Both the position numbers and the translations under genes were made by a program. The notes beneath the pieces are model-generated. The model was given only the letters and a program-made list of their open reading frames with translations, was not told the origin of the DNA and searched no databases. From a virus (Duplodnaviria > Caudoviricetes): a stretch of 64,000 bases of DNA. Of the stretch, positions 11,001 through 19,810 are shown piece after piece (positions within the stretch are counted from its first letter, which is position 1; the number at the start of each line of letters is the position of its first letter). The stretch spans positions 610-64,609 of the IMG/VR virus record IMGVR_UViG_3300024246_000002; one strand, written 5' to 3'.

Positions 11001-11039
11001 GAGCAGATTGGCCGACCGTTCGGCGTGGTGAACGTCTGA
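8004..11039 (+). CDS. Tail nozzle/stabilisation protein (P22 gp10/T7 gp12-like beta-propeller)
   Basis: 1011 aa. N-terminal GLDLNVPVDLV...ATNVVSKIEGQLQTRNG; propeller-like segments (VYFSNAGNADLW, GIYFVSKDGIYRTQG, LIYDERRSRW); position between adaptor and ejection genes. Confidence 0.7.
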   Translation: MGVEVQHDGPEKFALAGLDLNVPVDLVPVAKYSRATNVVSKIEGQLQTRNGTALITALPSPFVGLTYPITSAVRNLTLPPQWTVPFVPFPAGTVIQTTGCSNPSYNGTFTVNQIVFPGTTFTTSNGAIPASSNSTGGLITVLSGPTGPVNTLFLLTQYVPGVVSERLAANADGNIYTAPLPGGNVFTQLLGGPTFDGSPLSIVQFRFDSDPAVWAIIANSNGMMKRRAGYYQVLGVAPPTLQAVATAGGAGLLNSSTGTPYDWRYTYLNPVTQSESNPSPIMVTPTVTRPTVFTNPAVVGDGAFTNPGNAIDGSTVTFAQGVATTSTIGATVTTDCLWRAAAANAIGILQTLTLNLNRSFTLIQSGFGQGTYQSFYSLDGGVTFTGIEGGSGTFAQGTASVSLPPGTDFTQIVVKTVITAHVRITGAGSATSTGKVFDINLSAVGVNGTVLTLALTNQSANVCITPPTDPQETSARLYRRGGTLPNNWFFVGEFTIASLVQGSCGAGTLLINDNVPDSVAQVGNILQIDNFQPIQSVQAVNFPLPVIFVSSGTGRLLGCGDPARPDAVYFSNAGNADLWGAEAWVVVANPGEQCMNGLDYNLRTFVFSRERMYIMLPNIVAGVTFTPAETACRRGLKGRWAFTAGEQGIYFVSKDGIYRTQGGPESSIIDDSIRPLFPVNDAEAGTPTNGYDAIDMDDEDGLRMAYHNGEVWFFYTGLTTGLRQILIYDERRSRWRPATYTNQMNMNYSEPNTDSSLIFGGTDGDVYQVSGSTDEGNAPIAVEITTGAFDQGRPLNLKEYLTVNFDVDPGGASTLSPIIVIPRINGETASEFALQIIGSGRQRVTLSLNQAGVEVYAYNMEFDIQWQGSATVNPIFYQYEILYRHEPTETTHWELPQTGLGMEGWFHIRDIYVVLRSQAPVTLTVTPGVAGATPLTFTLPSTNGAKDTLYIQLPMNKANSYAFALDSTVPFRVYAEDCAVRVKQWLTNLGYKSVPILSREQIGRPFGVVNV

Positions 11040-11566
11040 TGGCGCGCAAAGGCGATAATCCCGGTCAGAACTATCCGCCGCGGCAGACTCCCGGCGGCCC
11101 TACAGGCCCGTCGAGTGGTTCCTCGTCGCCCTCATCCACTACGCTTCAGCAGGAATCTGATGGTTCGTTCGTTCAAGCCTCTACGGTGACGCTCTGGCGT
11201 CCCGCGCCGTTCAAGGACCCGGAACTCGATCTCGCGATGAAGAGTGCCTACGACAATATCTCGGGCCTCCAAGCCTCCGCTGTACAGTCGGTGGGCGCGC
11301 TTCAAGGTTCGCGGATGTCTACCGGCGCGCTCTCGGTCAAGGGGAGTGTGAAAGGGGTTGCTACCGGACTTAGTACGTTGTCCAATGTGGTAGCGAGCAT
11401 TGACAGCGGCTCAAGCCCGACGAATATGACCGTGAGCGCCACGCCTAGCCCGAATAGCCCTGGAACTTTCGACGTCTACGTCTTCGCTCCAACCAGCACC
11501 TCGAACAATACACCAATCTTAGCGTCCGCCAGCATGCTCGTCCGCTGGCACGCATGGGGGACATGA
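11039..11566 (+). CDS. Tail-associated structural protein (small fibre/needle-like)
   Basis: TGATG overlap with the nozzle gene; beta-rich C-terminus. Confidence 0.5.
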   Translation: MARKGDNPGQNYPPRQTPGGPTGPSSGSSSPSSTTLQQESDGSFVQASTVTLWRPAPFKDPELDLAMKSAYDNISGLQASAVQSVGALQGSRMSTGALSVKGSVKGVATGLSTLSNVVASIDSGSSPTNMTVSATPSPNSPGTFDVYVFAPTSTSNNTPILASASMLVRWHAWGT

Positions 11567-11567
11567 C

Positions 11568-12227
11568 ATGGCCGAACCACTCTCAAGATTACAACCACCA
11601 GATCAAATCGGAGTCTCTGAGGAGCGCGTTCGGCCATCTCCTGTCGCAGGGGCAGCGGGAGGCGAGAAGAAGCTCGAATGGGTCATCACGGACTTCGACG
11701 CCGCGCGGATGCCCGGTCTGGAGATATTCCTGCCGGGGATGTGGAAGCGGATGCACGACGATGGGACGTTCGCCATGTTCTTCCATGAGGGGCCGGATAT
11801 GAGCTTTGTGCAGTTCGGCGCGATTCTCGCGTCGCCCGCCGATAAGGTCCAGCTCATCATCGGTCACGACGCGAACGGCGACGCGAAGGAACACGCTGGG
11901 ATGGTCATTCTTAACCACGTCTTCGTGAATGACCAAGTGAAGCGCGCGGTCGGGAACTTCATGTTCTTCCGCGAGTATTGGCACCGTCACGACTCAATGG
12001 AGCTTGGGCGAGCAGTAATGGACCATTGGTTCCTCACGATGGGATTCGACGTTATCGCCGGGCTGACGCCCCGAGCGAATCGCGCTGCCATCCAGTTCAT
12101 CAAGCGCCTCGGGTTCCAAGTCGTCGGCGACGTGCCCGGATTCACAGTCTATGAAGGGAAGCCCAGCGCGAGCGTCACGAGTTTTATGACCCGTGAAATG
12201 TGGACTAAGAAGCGCGAGGAGAAGTAA
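11568..12227 (+). CDS. GNAT-family acetyltransferase
   Basis: IAGLTPRANRAAIQFIKRLGFQVVG matches the RimJ/RimL-type GNAT C-terminal motif; it sits before the ejection genes as in many podophages. Confidence 0.7.
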   Translation: MAEPLSRLQPPDQIGVSEERVRPSPVAGAAGGEKKLEWVITDFDAARMPGLEIFLPGMWKRMHDDGTFAMFFHEGPDMSFVQFGAILASPADKVQLIIGHDANGDAKEHAGMVILNHVFVNDQVKRAVGNFMFFREYWHRHDSMELGRAVMDHWFLTMGFDVIAGLTPRANRAAIQFIKRLGFQVVGDVPGFTVYEGKPSASVTSFMTREMWTKKREEK

Positions 12228-12802
12228 TGGGCAAGGGGCCTCATGTCCCTCAAAGCGCTGTCAATTCTCAGGTCAACCTCCAGAACACCGAAGCGGGGTT
12301 GCTAAAGCAATACTCCGGGATTGCGATTCCCGGCCTCCAGACCGCCTCTGACTATTGGAACGCGCTGCTCAAAGGCGGCCCCGCCGCTCAAGCTGCTACG
12401 GCTCCCTACGCTCAGACCATCGCCGCGCAGACCGCTGCCGCGCAGAAGCAGATTCAGAGCACGTTACCGATGGGTGGCGAGAAGAATCTCGCGGAGGCTC
12501 AAGCCAAGACTCAGCAGGGAGCGTCAATCGCCAATCTTTATCAAGGCCTCGGACCTACGGCCGCATCGCAGCTTCAAGCGCTATCGCTCGGCTCGGCTGG
12601 AGCGGGGACTGGCTCAGGAGGCGTGAGCGCTGGTGCCGGCGCATCCAACGAGAACCTCGCAGCGTCTCAAGCAGCCGCGAAGGGGCAGATGTGGGGCGGA
12701 ATCGGCTCTGGAGTCGGGACGCTCGCAGGCGGAGCAATGGGCTCCAAGGGCACCGGAACAGGAGTGCTCGGCAATAAGGGCGCTGGCGGCGGAGGAAAAT
12801 GA
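12227..12802 (+). CDS. DNA ejection (internal virion) protein, small, P22 gp7-like
   Basis: Ala/Gly/Gln-rich with a Gly-rich hydrophobic C-terminal tail (MWGGIGSGVGTLAGGAMG); position after GNAT. Confidence 0.6.
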   Translation: MGKGPHVPQSAVNSQVNLQNTEAGLLKQYSGIAIPGLQTASDYWNALLKGGPAAQAATAPYAQTIAAQTAAAQKQIQSTLPMGGEKNLAEAQAKTQQGASIANLYQGLGPTAASQLQALSLGSAGAGTGSGGVSAGAGASNENLAASQAAAKGQMWGGIGSGVGTLAGGAMGSKGTGTGVLGNKGAGGGGK

Positions 12803-14505
12803 GCACGTCGGGTGGCGGTTTCGCAGCTTCGGGTCTACTTCAAGGATTCGCGCAATCCTATACCCAAGCTCGCATCCGTGCTACCGAGATGGAGGTGGCG
12901 CAGCGCCATGGCCTCGCCTCCACCCTGATGCAGCTTTACCCGAATGCTCGGCCCGAGGCTCAGCAGGATATCGCCCAGCGGCTCTTGAGTATCTATTCGA
13001 CTCCGCCGGGCAAGAAGCTCGACAAGAAGATTGGGGATATCAGCTCGCTCGGGGCGAGCGCGGCGCAGGCCAATAACCCCGGCGCGTCTCCGGCAGGTCA
13101 GCAGGCCGCTCAGGGCGCGACGAACGCCCAGACCGCCTCGGCACAGGGCCAGATTAGCGCCGCTCCGCCTCCAGGAGCCGCCGCAGCCGCTCCGCCGCCC
13201 TCGACACCTGGAATCCCTCCACCTCCATATATCGCCGCTAGTGGAGCGCCGGGGCCTCAAGGCGTCCCATTGCAGGGGCAGACCATTCCTGCGCCGCCGC
13301 GCTACAGCCCATTGCTCTTGCCAGAGGAGCGCAACCAGCAGAACGCCGCCGCTACGGAGGCTGTGGAGCGCGCCAAGATCAGCGGTGAGACCAAAGCGCG
13401 TCAGGAAGCGTTCAAGCTCTGGCGCGATGCCAACCCGAACGCTCCGCTCCAAGAGTTCCTCGTGCAGAGCGGTCGTGGCTTGCCTATTGGGACGTTCATC
13501 CCACACACGCTGAGCAAGAACATCTCGGGCTCCGATATTCTCCAGTCGAATCCCGATATCGTGACGACAGGCGGCGAGAAGGTTGACCCGAAGCAGTTCT
13601 ACGACCTGACATCGATCGGCGGGCAGTCCTACGCCGTCCCCGCTGGCTTGGGCGCTCAAGTCGCTCTCTCTGGCCTGAACGCCACCCCCTTCAAATCCTA
13701 CATGAACGAGGGGCTGAAGCAGGGCATTCCGCGCGCTGATCTCATCAACGATTGGAACAGCCGCCAATCCGTTCAGCACGGCTACAAGATGGTCCCGCAG
13801 CCCGACGGTTCCATCCAGATGGTCCCCGTGACGACGGTGAGCGAGAACAAGCGCGGCCAGCTCCCGTCGCCTCCGGGAACGCCCGCTAAGGCGGGCGCAG
13901 GTGGTGGGGCAGCACCGGGCGTGGGCGGTCCCGGCCGTATCGTGGGCGGGAAGCTCCCTCCTGACGTCGCCAAGTCTCAATCCACCTATCTTAGCTCAAT
14001 CGAGCGCTACAACGTGATGAGCAGCGCGCTACCGAAGGCTCTAGGCGGCGACCAGCAGGCAATGATTAACCTGCTCTACAATCACATCGGGATGACCGTT
14101 GGCTTGCAGAAGGGCGCGCGCATCACCCAAGACATCATCAACGAAGCGCAGCACTCGGCACCATGGATGGCTACGATTCTTGCGCGCGTCGGCGTAGGGA
14201 ACGAGTTCACGATGACGCCTAATGTGCTCCGCGGCGTCGTTATCCCGCCAGAGTCCATGCACAACATGATTGGGCTGGCAGAGGACAGGGTAACCGAGGA
14301 TTACAATAACTTCCTTCAGACCAAGCAGGCTTACTCCGGCGGCGGTGTCCCGACACCAGAGGACGTGCGCGCAGGAGGCGCGGCGCGGCAGAGTGGCATC
14401 CCGACGCCGCCGAAGGCTCCATCGAAGACGAAGCCGAACGTTCCTGCTGCTGCTGCTGCGCCGACCTCCGCACCGGCGGACGCTAACAATCCTCTAGGAA
14501 TCTAG
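12799..14505 (+). CDS. DNA ejection (internal virion) protein
   Basis: 568 aa Ala/Pro/Gln-rich; N-terminus GFAASGLLQGFAQSY; position in the ejection cluster. Confidence 0.55.
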   Translation: MSTSGGGFAASGLLQGFAQSYTQARIRATEMEVAQRHGLASTLMQLYPNARPEAQQDIAQRLLSIYSTPPGKKLDKKIGDISSLGASAAQANNPGASPAGQQAAQGATNAQTASAQGQISAAPPPGAAAAAPPPSTPGIPPPPYIAASGAPGPQGVPLQGQTIPAPPRYSPLLLPEERNQQNAAATEAVERAKISGETKARQEAFKLWRDANPNAPLQEFLVQSGRGLPIGTFIPHTLSKNISGSDILQSNPDIVTTGGEKVDPKQFYDLTSIGGQSYAVPAGLGAQVALSGLNATPFKSYMNEGLKQGIPRADLINDWNSRQSVQHGYKMVPQPDGSIQMVPVTTVSENKRGQLPSPPGTPAKAGAGGGAAPGVGGPGRIVGGKLPPDVAKSQSTYLSSIERYNVMSSALPKALGGDQQAMINLLYNHIGMTVGLQKGARITQDIINEAQHSAPWMATILARVGVGNEFTMTPNVLRGVVIPPESMHNMIGLAEDRVTEDYNNFLQTKQAYSGGGVPTPEDVRAGGAARQSGIPTPPKAPSKTKPNVPAAAAAPTSAPADANNPLGI

Positions 14506-14506
14506 G

Positions 14507-16687
14507 ATGCCTCCAGACACAGCCACTCAATCACCGACCCCTCCAGCGCAGACGCCTCCGCCGCTCTCTACTATCCCTCCGCCCAATCCTGAAGCGGGGC
14601 AGCACACCATCCAATCGCTCGCCGGGCGCTTCCGTGCCAAGTTTCCCACAGGTACGACAGGCGACGGCATCCCCTACGCCAAGCTCCCCGACGACGAGAT
14701 GGTCCGCCGGGTCATCCAGAAGCAGCCCGTCTATCAGACTTGGCTCAATCAAGACTCGCTCCAGCAGCTCGCGTCAAAGGGCGCTCCCACGTTCGGCAGC
14801 ACCGTGAAGGACATTCTTGGCGGTGCCCCGAGCCCCGGCGACATCTACCGCGGCGCGAAGAACTTCTTCAGCGAGGATCCGATCACGCGAGTCTCTCGCG
14901 GCGTGGACGAAGCTATCTCTGACACTCGGACCGCTAAGGAGCGTGCAGCAGCGTCACCGCACACCTCGCTCCCGTTGCGCGCGCTCGCCAGCATCCCGGT
15001 CGTGGGACCACCGGCCGTGGGTGCGGTCGAGAATATCAACGAGGGGCTCCAAGGGCCGACGCCGCTAGCCGACCCATCCAATCCTGCTTACAAGGGAATG
15101 GGCGAGCTGGGACATCTCAGTGGTCAGGGAGCGCTCGTGCTCGGAGGCGAGAAGATTGCTCCCGAAGTCTCCAAGAACCTGAAGCCTGCGGTGAATCAGG
15201 CCACGAGCAAAGTCCGCAACGCGATTGCCCCGCCGCCCGACGTTGCCTCAGGAATGGCCTATGAGAACGCGGTCGCTCCGGGTGGACTCGGCGCTGCAGA
15301 GCAGGAATCCCTCCGCAGCGATTGGCTTCGCGCGCGGAAGTATATCGGCGCTCAGACCGATAAGATGCCTGTGCCGAAGGGTGAGGGGGCGGTGATGCGC
15401 GCCGCCACCACCACGCGCAAGGCGGCCAATGAGCTGTGGCAATCCCACGTCGAGCCCGTCATAGATAAGTTCGCCGAAGCGGGCGATTCGACGAGCGACA
15501 TCGCTCAGAAGATTCGCGAGACTCCCTCAGAGATTGACGTGGCGACGCGTCCCGCTATCCAGAAGAAGATTGACCGCCTCGCGAATGTCTTTGACCGTGA
15601 CATGACCGTCAAGGAGATGAACGCGAAGGTCACCGAGCTGAACGCTGACCCCGCCGTCAACAAGTATTACGAGATGAACGGCTCCGCGCGCGCTCAAGCT
15701 CTCAACGCCGACCCCACCCTGCACGGCAAGGTCGTCGCTCTGGATGAGCTGCGCGAGAAGATGTTCGACACCATCTCCGATAACTGGACCGATGAGGGCG
15801 GCGCGATGTTCCGCGAGGCCCGCAAGGATTATGGCTCGCTCCGCAATGTGGAACAGAACTTCCGCGAGGCAAAGGTCCCGACGCCGAAGCCTCTATCGAC
15901 GCGAATCGCCAATACCGCCCGCGTCTCCATCTCACCGCACGCCGCCACCGAGTATCTACGCAATCCAGTCAGTACGATATTCGATCTGAATAATCCGAAC
16001 CGGCTCGCTGCGAAGGCAGTCAATAAAGCCGGTAAGGTGGGTGAAGGGATTCCAGCGCCGCCCGAGCTTCCCCAGAACGTCGCGCCTTTACAGCGACCAC
16101 CACAGTATTCATCGCCGATTGGCCCTCCACCTCCGCCTGAGCAATTCCCCTACGCTCCTGCCGCGCCTATTCCTGCGCCGCCATCGACGCCGGGATTCTC
16201 GCCCATCCAACCGCCGACGCCGGGCACCACAGGTTGGAGCAACGTCGAGGCCCCAGTCAAGCAGGGCGCGGAACAGCGCAACCTCTGGGGCCGCCCAGTT
16301 GCGACGGGCTCGACCGAGACCACGCCGGGCGGGATGATTATCTCGGCGCCCCCATCAGGTCTTGTGAAGCAGGAGTTCGGCAAGATCGGTCTCTCGGACC
16401 TTGTGACGCCGCGGCAATCTACGACGCTCGAGACCCTAATGCGCGGCCCCCGGTGGAAGGACATGGACCGTGCGGAGCGCGTCGCTGCGGTGAACGATAT
16501 CTTGGGCCGGGGCACGGGCGCGGCGGGCGGAGCCATCCAGACCGAGACCGACTCCATGGGCATCCGCTGGGCCAAGTCGGGTCAGTACCGAGTCTCTATC
16601 CCAAAGAGTGTCTCGGATTCAGAGATTGAATCCTACGCACGACCGAAGCTCGAGGAGCAAGCACGAATTCATAAGGGGATTAAATAA
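14507..16687 (+). CDS. Large DNA ejection (internal virion) protein
   Basis: 726 aa, helical with Pro-rich segments; last gene before the lysis cassette. Confidence 0.55.
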   Translation: MPPDTATQSPTPPAQTPPPLSTIPPPNPEAGQHTIQSLAGRFRAKFPTGTTGDGIPYAKLPDDEMVRRVIQKQPVYQTWLNQDSLQQLASKGAPTFGSTVKDILGGAPSPGDIYRGAKNFFSEDPITRVSRGVDEAISDTRTAKERAAASPHTSLPLRALASIPVVGPPAVGAVENINEGLQGPTPLADPSNPAYKGMGELGHLSGQGALVLGGEKIAPEVSKNLKPAVNQATSKVRNAIAPPPDVASGMAYENAVAPGGLGAAEQESLRSDWLRARKYIGAQTDKMPVPKGEGAVMRAATTTRKAANELWQSHVEPVIDKFAEAGDSTSDIAQKIRETPSEIDVATRPAIQKKIDRLANVFDRDMTVKEMNAKVTELNADPAVNKYYEMNGSARAQALNADPTLHGKVVALDELREKMFDTISDNWTDEGGAMFREARKDYGSLRNVEQNFREAKVPTPKPLSTRIANTARVSISPHAATEYLRNPVSTIFDLNNPNRLAAKAVNKAGKVGEGIPAPPELPQNVAPLQRPPQYSSPIGPPPPPEQFPYAPAAPIPAPPSTPGFSPIQPPTPGTTGWSNVEAPVKQGAEQRNLWGRPVATGSTETTPGGMIISAPPSGLVKQEFGKIGLSDLVTPRQSTTLETLMRGPRWKDMDRAERVAAVNDILGRGTGAAGGAIQTETDSMGIRWAKSGQYRVSIPKSVSDSEIESYARPKLEEQARIHKGIK

Positions 16688-16699
16688 AGGGGGAACCGA

Positions 16700-17041
16700 A
16701 TGATGAAACTCAATTGGGGCACGTGGCTCTACGGACTTGTAAGCGGATTTATCGGCGGCGGAGCGTCGGCTGTAACGGCGTCGATTGTTCTGCCCGCAGT
16801 AGACGGGAAGGATTTCAATTTCGCGACCGGCTTGCACAATCTCGCTCTCGTAGCTGGAGCGCTATTCATCGTTCATGGTGGAATGACTGCCGCCGCATAT
16901 CTTGCAAAGTCTCCACTTCCATCCGTCGAGACGACAGTCACTGTGGCTACGACCACGCAAGTAGGCGAAGCTCCCAAGGTCACTACAACTGTGAGCGCAA
17001 CCACTCAAGACACGAAACCTATTGCACCCCAAGGGAGTTAG
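16700..17041 (+). CDS. Holin-like membrane protein
   Basis: Two hydrophobic segments (WLYGLVSGFIGGGASAV; LALVAGALFIVHGG); RBS GGGGAA; start of the lysis cassette. Confidence 0.6.
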   Translation: MMKLNWGTWLYGLVSGFIGGGASAVTASIVLPAVDGKDFNFATGLHNLALVAGALFIVHGGMTAAAYLAKSPLPSVETTVTVATTTQVGEAPKVTTTVSATTQDTKPIAPQGS

Positions 17042-17058
17042 CCACATAATTAACTCCA

Positions 17059-17331
17059 ATGGACCCCACGGCCCAGCAGGTAGGAATCGGTGGCACCCTG
17101 TTTCTAGCGGCTTTGGGAATGCTCCTGAAGTTCAAGCCGTGGGAGCGCAAGAATGGCAATGGGAATGGTCACGGGGTGGACAAGCTGACGGAGAAGCGCC
17201 TGACGGACTTGGAGATTGGGTTGAAGGAAGCGAAGGTGAAGCAGCACGACGTAATCATGCCGGCGCTCAGATGGCACGACCAACAGATCGTGGACTTAGG
17301 CGGAGAGCGAAGCGAGAGCCTGAAAAGGTAG
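17059..17331 (+). CDS. Single-TM plus coiled-coil protein (lysis accessory)
   Basis: N-terminal TM segment (VGIGGTLFLAALGMLL) followed by a charged helical tail. Confidence 0.5.
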   Translation: MDPTAQQVGIGGTLFLAALGMLLKFKPWERKNGNGNGHGVDKLTEKRLTDLEIGLKEAKVKQHDVIMPALRWHDQQIVDLGGERSESLKR

Positions 17332-17339
17332 GGGGCTAT

Positions 17340-17561
17340 GTGGAGACAGCAGCATGGGGAGCGGTAATCACAGCCTTTATCGGACTCATCGCTTTGATGT
17401 TCCGGTTGACGGTGAGTTCGTTCAGGCGAGAGATACACGAACTCAGGAAGCACATAGACCAGGAGAATCTTGAAGCCGATAGAAAATACTTCAAATTTTA
17501 CAAAGAGTTCATACAGCTTCGCATTAAGTTGGCGAAGCATATGGGAATCAACGGAGACTAG
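17340..17561 (+). CDS. Single-TM plus coiled-coil protein (lysis accessory)
   Basis: GTG start at 17340; AWGAVITAFIGLIALMF TM segment then a coiled coil. Confidence 0.5.
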   Translation: METAAWGAVITAFIGLIALMFRLTVSSFRREIHELRKHIDQENLEADRKYFKFYKEFIQLRIKLAKHMGINGD

Positions 17562-17726
17562 GAGGCAACATGGGCGGCGGTCATAGACCTGGAACAGCAT
17601 TCAAAGTACTGTGCTCCAGCAATGTTCAAAAGGTGGTGCGGTTCATCTCAGAGGAAGTGACGATTTCGGTTTCTTTCGACAAGCAGGAAGATGCCGACTA
17701 CTTCCAGAGCAAGATCGGAGTTGAAG

Positions 17727-17975
17727 GTGTGGTTTCTTTCAGTTTCCCTGCTGGCGGCGATATGGCTGGCGAGGCGAGCACCGAACCGCAGTCCGGCGAT
17801 TAATATCTGGTTCGAGGTTCAATTCATCGGCAACGCCGCAATCGAGGCGTGCCAGTGGATTCTCGGCTGGCAGCATCCCATCTACACGTTCATCTACATG
17901 GGATTCACGGCCCTTTTCCTCATAGCCTCCGCGATTGTAGTGTGGGAAGCATGGAACATGCCGCAATACTCGTAG
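17727..17975 (+). CDS. Hypothetical membrane protein
   Basis: GTG start after GGAG; multiple hydrophobic segments. Confidence 0.45.
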   Translation: MWFLSVSLLAAIWLARRAPNRSPAINIWFEVQFIGNAAIEACQWILGWQHPIYTFIYMGFTALFLIASAIVVWEAWNMPQYS

Positions 17976-18220
17976 AAGGGCTGTCACTGGTGCTGCTCGG
18001 CTCACTGGCGCTGCTCAAGCGAAGAAAAGGGATTGTAGCCACGCTCGGACTCTTGTGGATTGGACTGGCCCTGTTCGACTTCTCGCTCTTACTATTCCCT
18101 GGGTGGGAGACTTGGCGGGATATGGGTTCCTACTGGATATTCATCACCGCGATGCTCTGGATTAGAGTAAAATCTCGACATGGAACTCCTGCTAAGACGC
18201 TCTCTGCCAATCCTACCTGA
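17951..18220 (+). CDS. Hypothetical membrane protein (3 TM)
   Basis: Three hydrophobic stretches; overlaps the previous ORF by 25 nt. Confidence 0.45.
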   Translation: MEHAAILVEGLSLVLLGSLALLKRRKGIVATLGLLWIGLALFDFSLLLFPGWETWRDMGSYWIFITAMLWIRVKSRHGTPAKTLSANPT

Positions 18221-18560
18221 CGCCCTGCCCGGCGAGCTTACCATCGACGGCGCTCACGTCGCCTACACGCTTGAGCGAATCAGCGTCGCCATCCCTATGG
18301 GGCGCTATCAACTCGGGCTGTACAACTCCCCGCACTTCGGTCGCGTTATGCCGATACTCCGGGACGTCCCTAGCCGGAGCTTCATCGAGATTCACATGGG
18401 GAATCATCCAGCGCAGAGCGACGGATGTATTCTCGTGGGCGACCCGCAGGATCCCACGACGGGCGACGTGATGAACTCGGTGAAGACGTTCAACGCTCTA
18501 TTTCCTGTGATTGAGGGAGCGATCGAGAGCGGCGAAGGGGCATGGATAAGTGTGTCTTGA
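18180..18560 (+). CDS. DUF5675-family putative endolysin/peptidoglycan peptidase
   Basis: GELTIDG...YTLER...IPMGRY...VPSRSFIEIHMGN...SDGCILVG is the typical DUF5675 signature. Confidence 0.7.
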   Translation: MELLLRRSLPILPDALPGELTIDGAHVAYTLERISVAIPMGRYQLGLYNSPHFGRVMPILRDVPSRSFIEIHMGNHPAQSDGCILVGDPQDPTTGDVMNSVKTFNALFPVIEGAIESGEGAWISVS

Positions 18561-18618
18561 CATCCACACCCCTTTATGATAGCGTAGACATACCTCTAGT
18601 CTAACATGATTTACCTCC

Positions 18619-18660
18619 GCCCCCGGTGATGCCTCCACATCTCGGGGGCTTCCGCTTTTT
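18619..18660 (+). terminator. Intrinsic terminator between convergent transcription units
   Basis: GCCCCCG(18619-25)/CGGGGGC(18643-49) stem with internal GATG/CATC pairing, followed by TTTTT; lies between the converging + and - arms. Confidence 0.6.
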
Positions 18661-19086
18661 CTAGGACAGTTGATCCAGCCCGAAGTCCGTCACTTGCGGC
18701 GGTGGCGCCGCAAGCACTGGCACGTTGAACGTGTGGCTGATGGGCGAGCCCGCTCCGTTCACGCCCGACATGGTGACGTTGAACGATGCCGCGGTGTCGC
18801 CGGCCGCGACGGAAGCCGTAAACTGAAGATTGCTCCCTACGGCACCGAGCGATACGAGCGGGTCATCCGTCACGACGGTAGGCCCCGAGCTGAGCGGCAC
18901 ACCGTTCGGCGGGACGAGACTGATCTGGAAGGTTCCTGTGGAACCTACTTGAACTCCTGCGATTGCCATAATGAAATCTCCTTTACGTTGAAATAGCTGA
19001 AAGTCAGTTACTGCGAAAGCCCGCTCAAGTATATCCAAGACCTTGTGAAGCAGGCGAAGAATATCCTTGTCGTCGTGGCCGAACAC
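18661..19086 (-). CDS. Ig-like beta-sandwich protein with a second in-frame start at 18969
   Basis: Open frame from GTG 19086; internal AAAGGAGA RBS plus ATG at 18969. Confidence 0.55.
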   Translation of the reverse strand: MFGHDDKDILRLLHKVLDILERAFAVTDFQLFQRKGDFIMAIAGVQVGSTGTFQISLVPPNGVPLSSGPTVVTDDPLVSLGAVGSNLQFTASVAAGDTAASFNVTMSGVNGAGSPISHTFNVPVLAAPPPQVTDFGLDQLS

Positions 19087-19087
19087 G

Positions 19088-19810
19088 CTACACCGCGCTC
19101 AAGTCTTCGATAAGTCCGTTCAGGTCGAGGCCGCTGGGCGAGACGCCAGAGGCCTTAATCCAATCGGGGGTTACGATGGCGTAGGCTTCCGTAACCCATT
19201 GCTGCCAGAACTCCCACACTGTCCTATAGAGCTTTCCCCATGAATCTAGAGCGGAACCGATGGAGCCGTAGCCTTCCCAATTTACACAGTGCCCTTCGTT
19301 CGTGGGCTTGTCATTCGGCAGGAACTTGAAGGTTGGGTCTATGCCCTGATTTATCTCATCCACCATCGACTGTGGAACGGTGAAGCCCGTGTAGATTCCG
19401 CCGAAGATATCGATGACGGCCTTCACCATTTCGATGTTCTGAACGTCAACACTGGCCGCGCCAAGAATAATCCCTTTGGCCTTGTACCAGTTGATTACGT
19501 CGAGGCAAACTGCCCCATTGTCCGTTGCTTCGGTCCCATCGTATCCTGTGATGGCGGAGTAGTCGGAAATCGCTTCCGCGTCCGTGACGAGAAGTGGACT
19601 TCCCGCTCGCGCTACGGAGCGTTGGGTCATTCGCAGGTGGTACATCGCAGCTACCGTGCAAAGGCCGATCCTGTCATTGCCCAGCATCCCTAGAACGATG
19701 TCGCGCTCCCATGCCCGTACAGGGCGGGATTTGACCAGCCTCATGTTCATGTGGTTGGACATCGAAGCCATTTTGAGGCTGCGGACGGCGGGTAGCTTTC
19801 CGAACTTCAT
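19088..19810 (-). CDS. Papain-like cysteine peptidase domain protein
   Basis: MLGND..GLCTVAA (catalytic Cys), EGHCV (His) and DSWG (Asn/Asp-SWG) occur in papain order. Confidence 0.6.
   Translation of the reverse strand: MKFGKLPAVRSLKMASMSNHMNMRLVKSRPVRAWERDIVLGMLGNDRIGLCTVAAMYHLRMTQRSVARAGSPLLVTDAEAISDYSAITGYDGTEATDNGAVCLDVINWYKAKGIILGAASVDVQNIEMVKAVIDIFGGIYTGFTVPQSMVDEINQGIDPTFKFLPNDKPTNEGHCVNWEGYGSIGSALDSWGKLYRTVWEFWQQWVTEAYAIVTPDWIKASGVSPSGLDLNGLIEDLSAV

Noticed and set aside
12835-13980. Long antisense ORFs (381 aa here; also 5460..6110, 34016..34789, 51357..52088, 36519..36830 and others)
   Set aside because: They mirror GC-rich coding genes on the opposite strand, have no RBS or recognisable motifs, and show Arg/Ala/Gly-biased shadow composition.
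18557-18585. TTGACA-17-TAGCGT as a promoter for a small antisense RNA ending at the 18619-18660 terminator
   Set aside because: The -10 match is weak and the TTGACA includes the endolysin stop codon; it could easily be chance.
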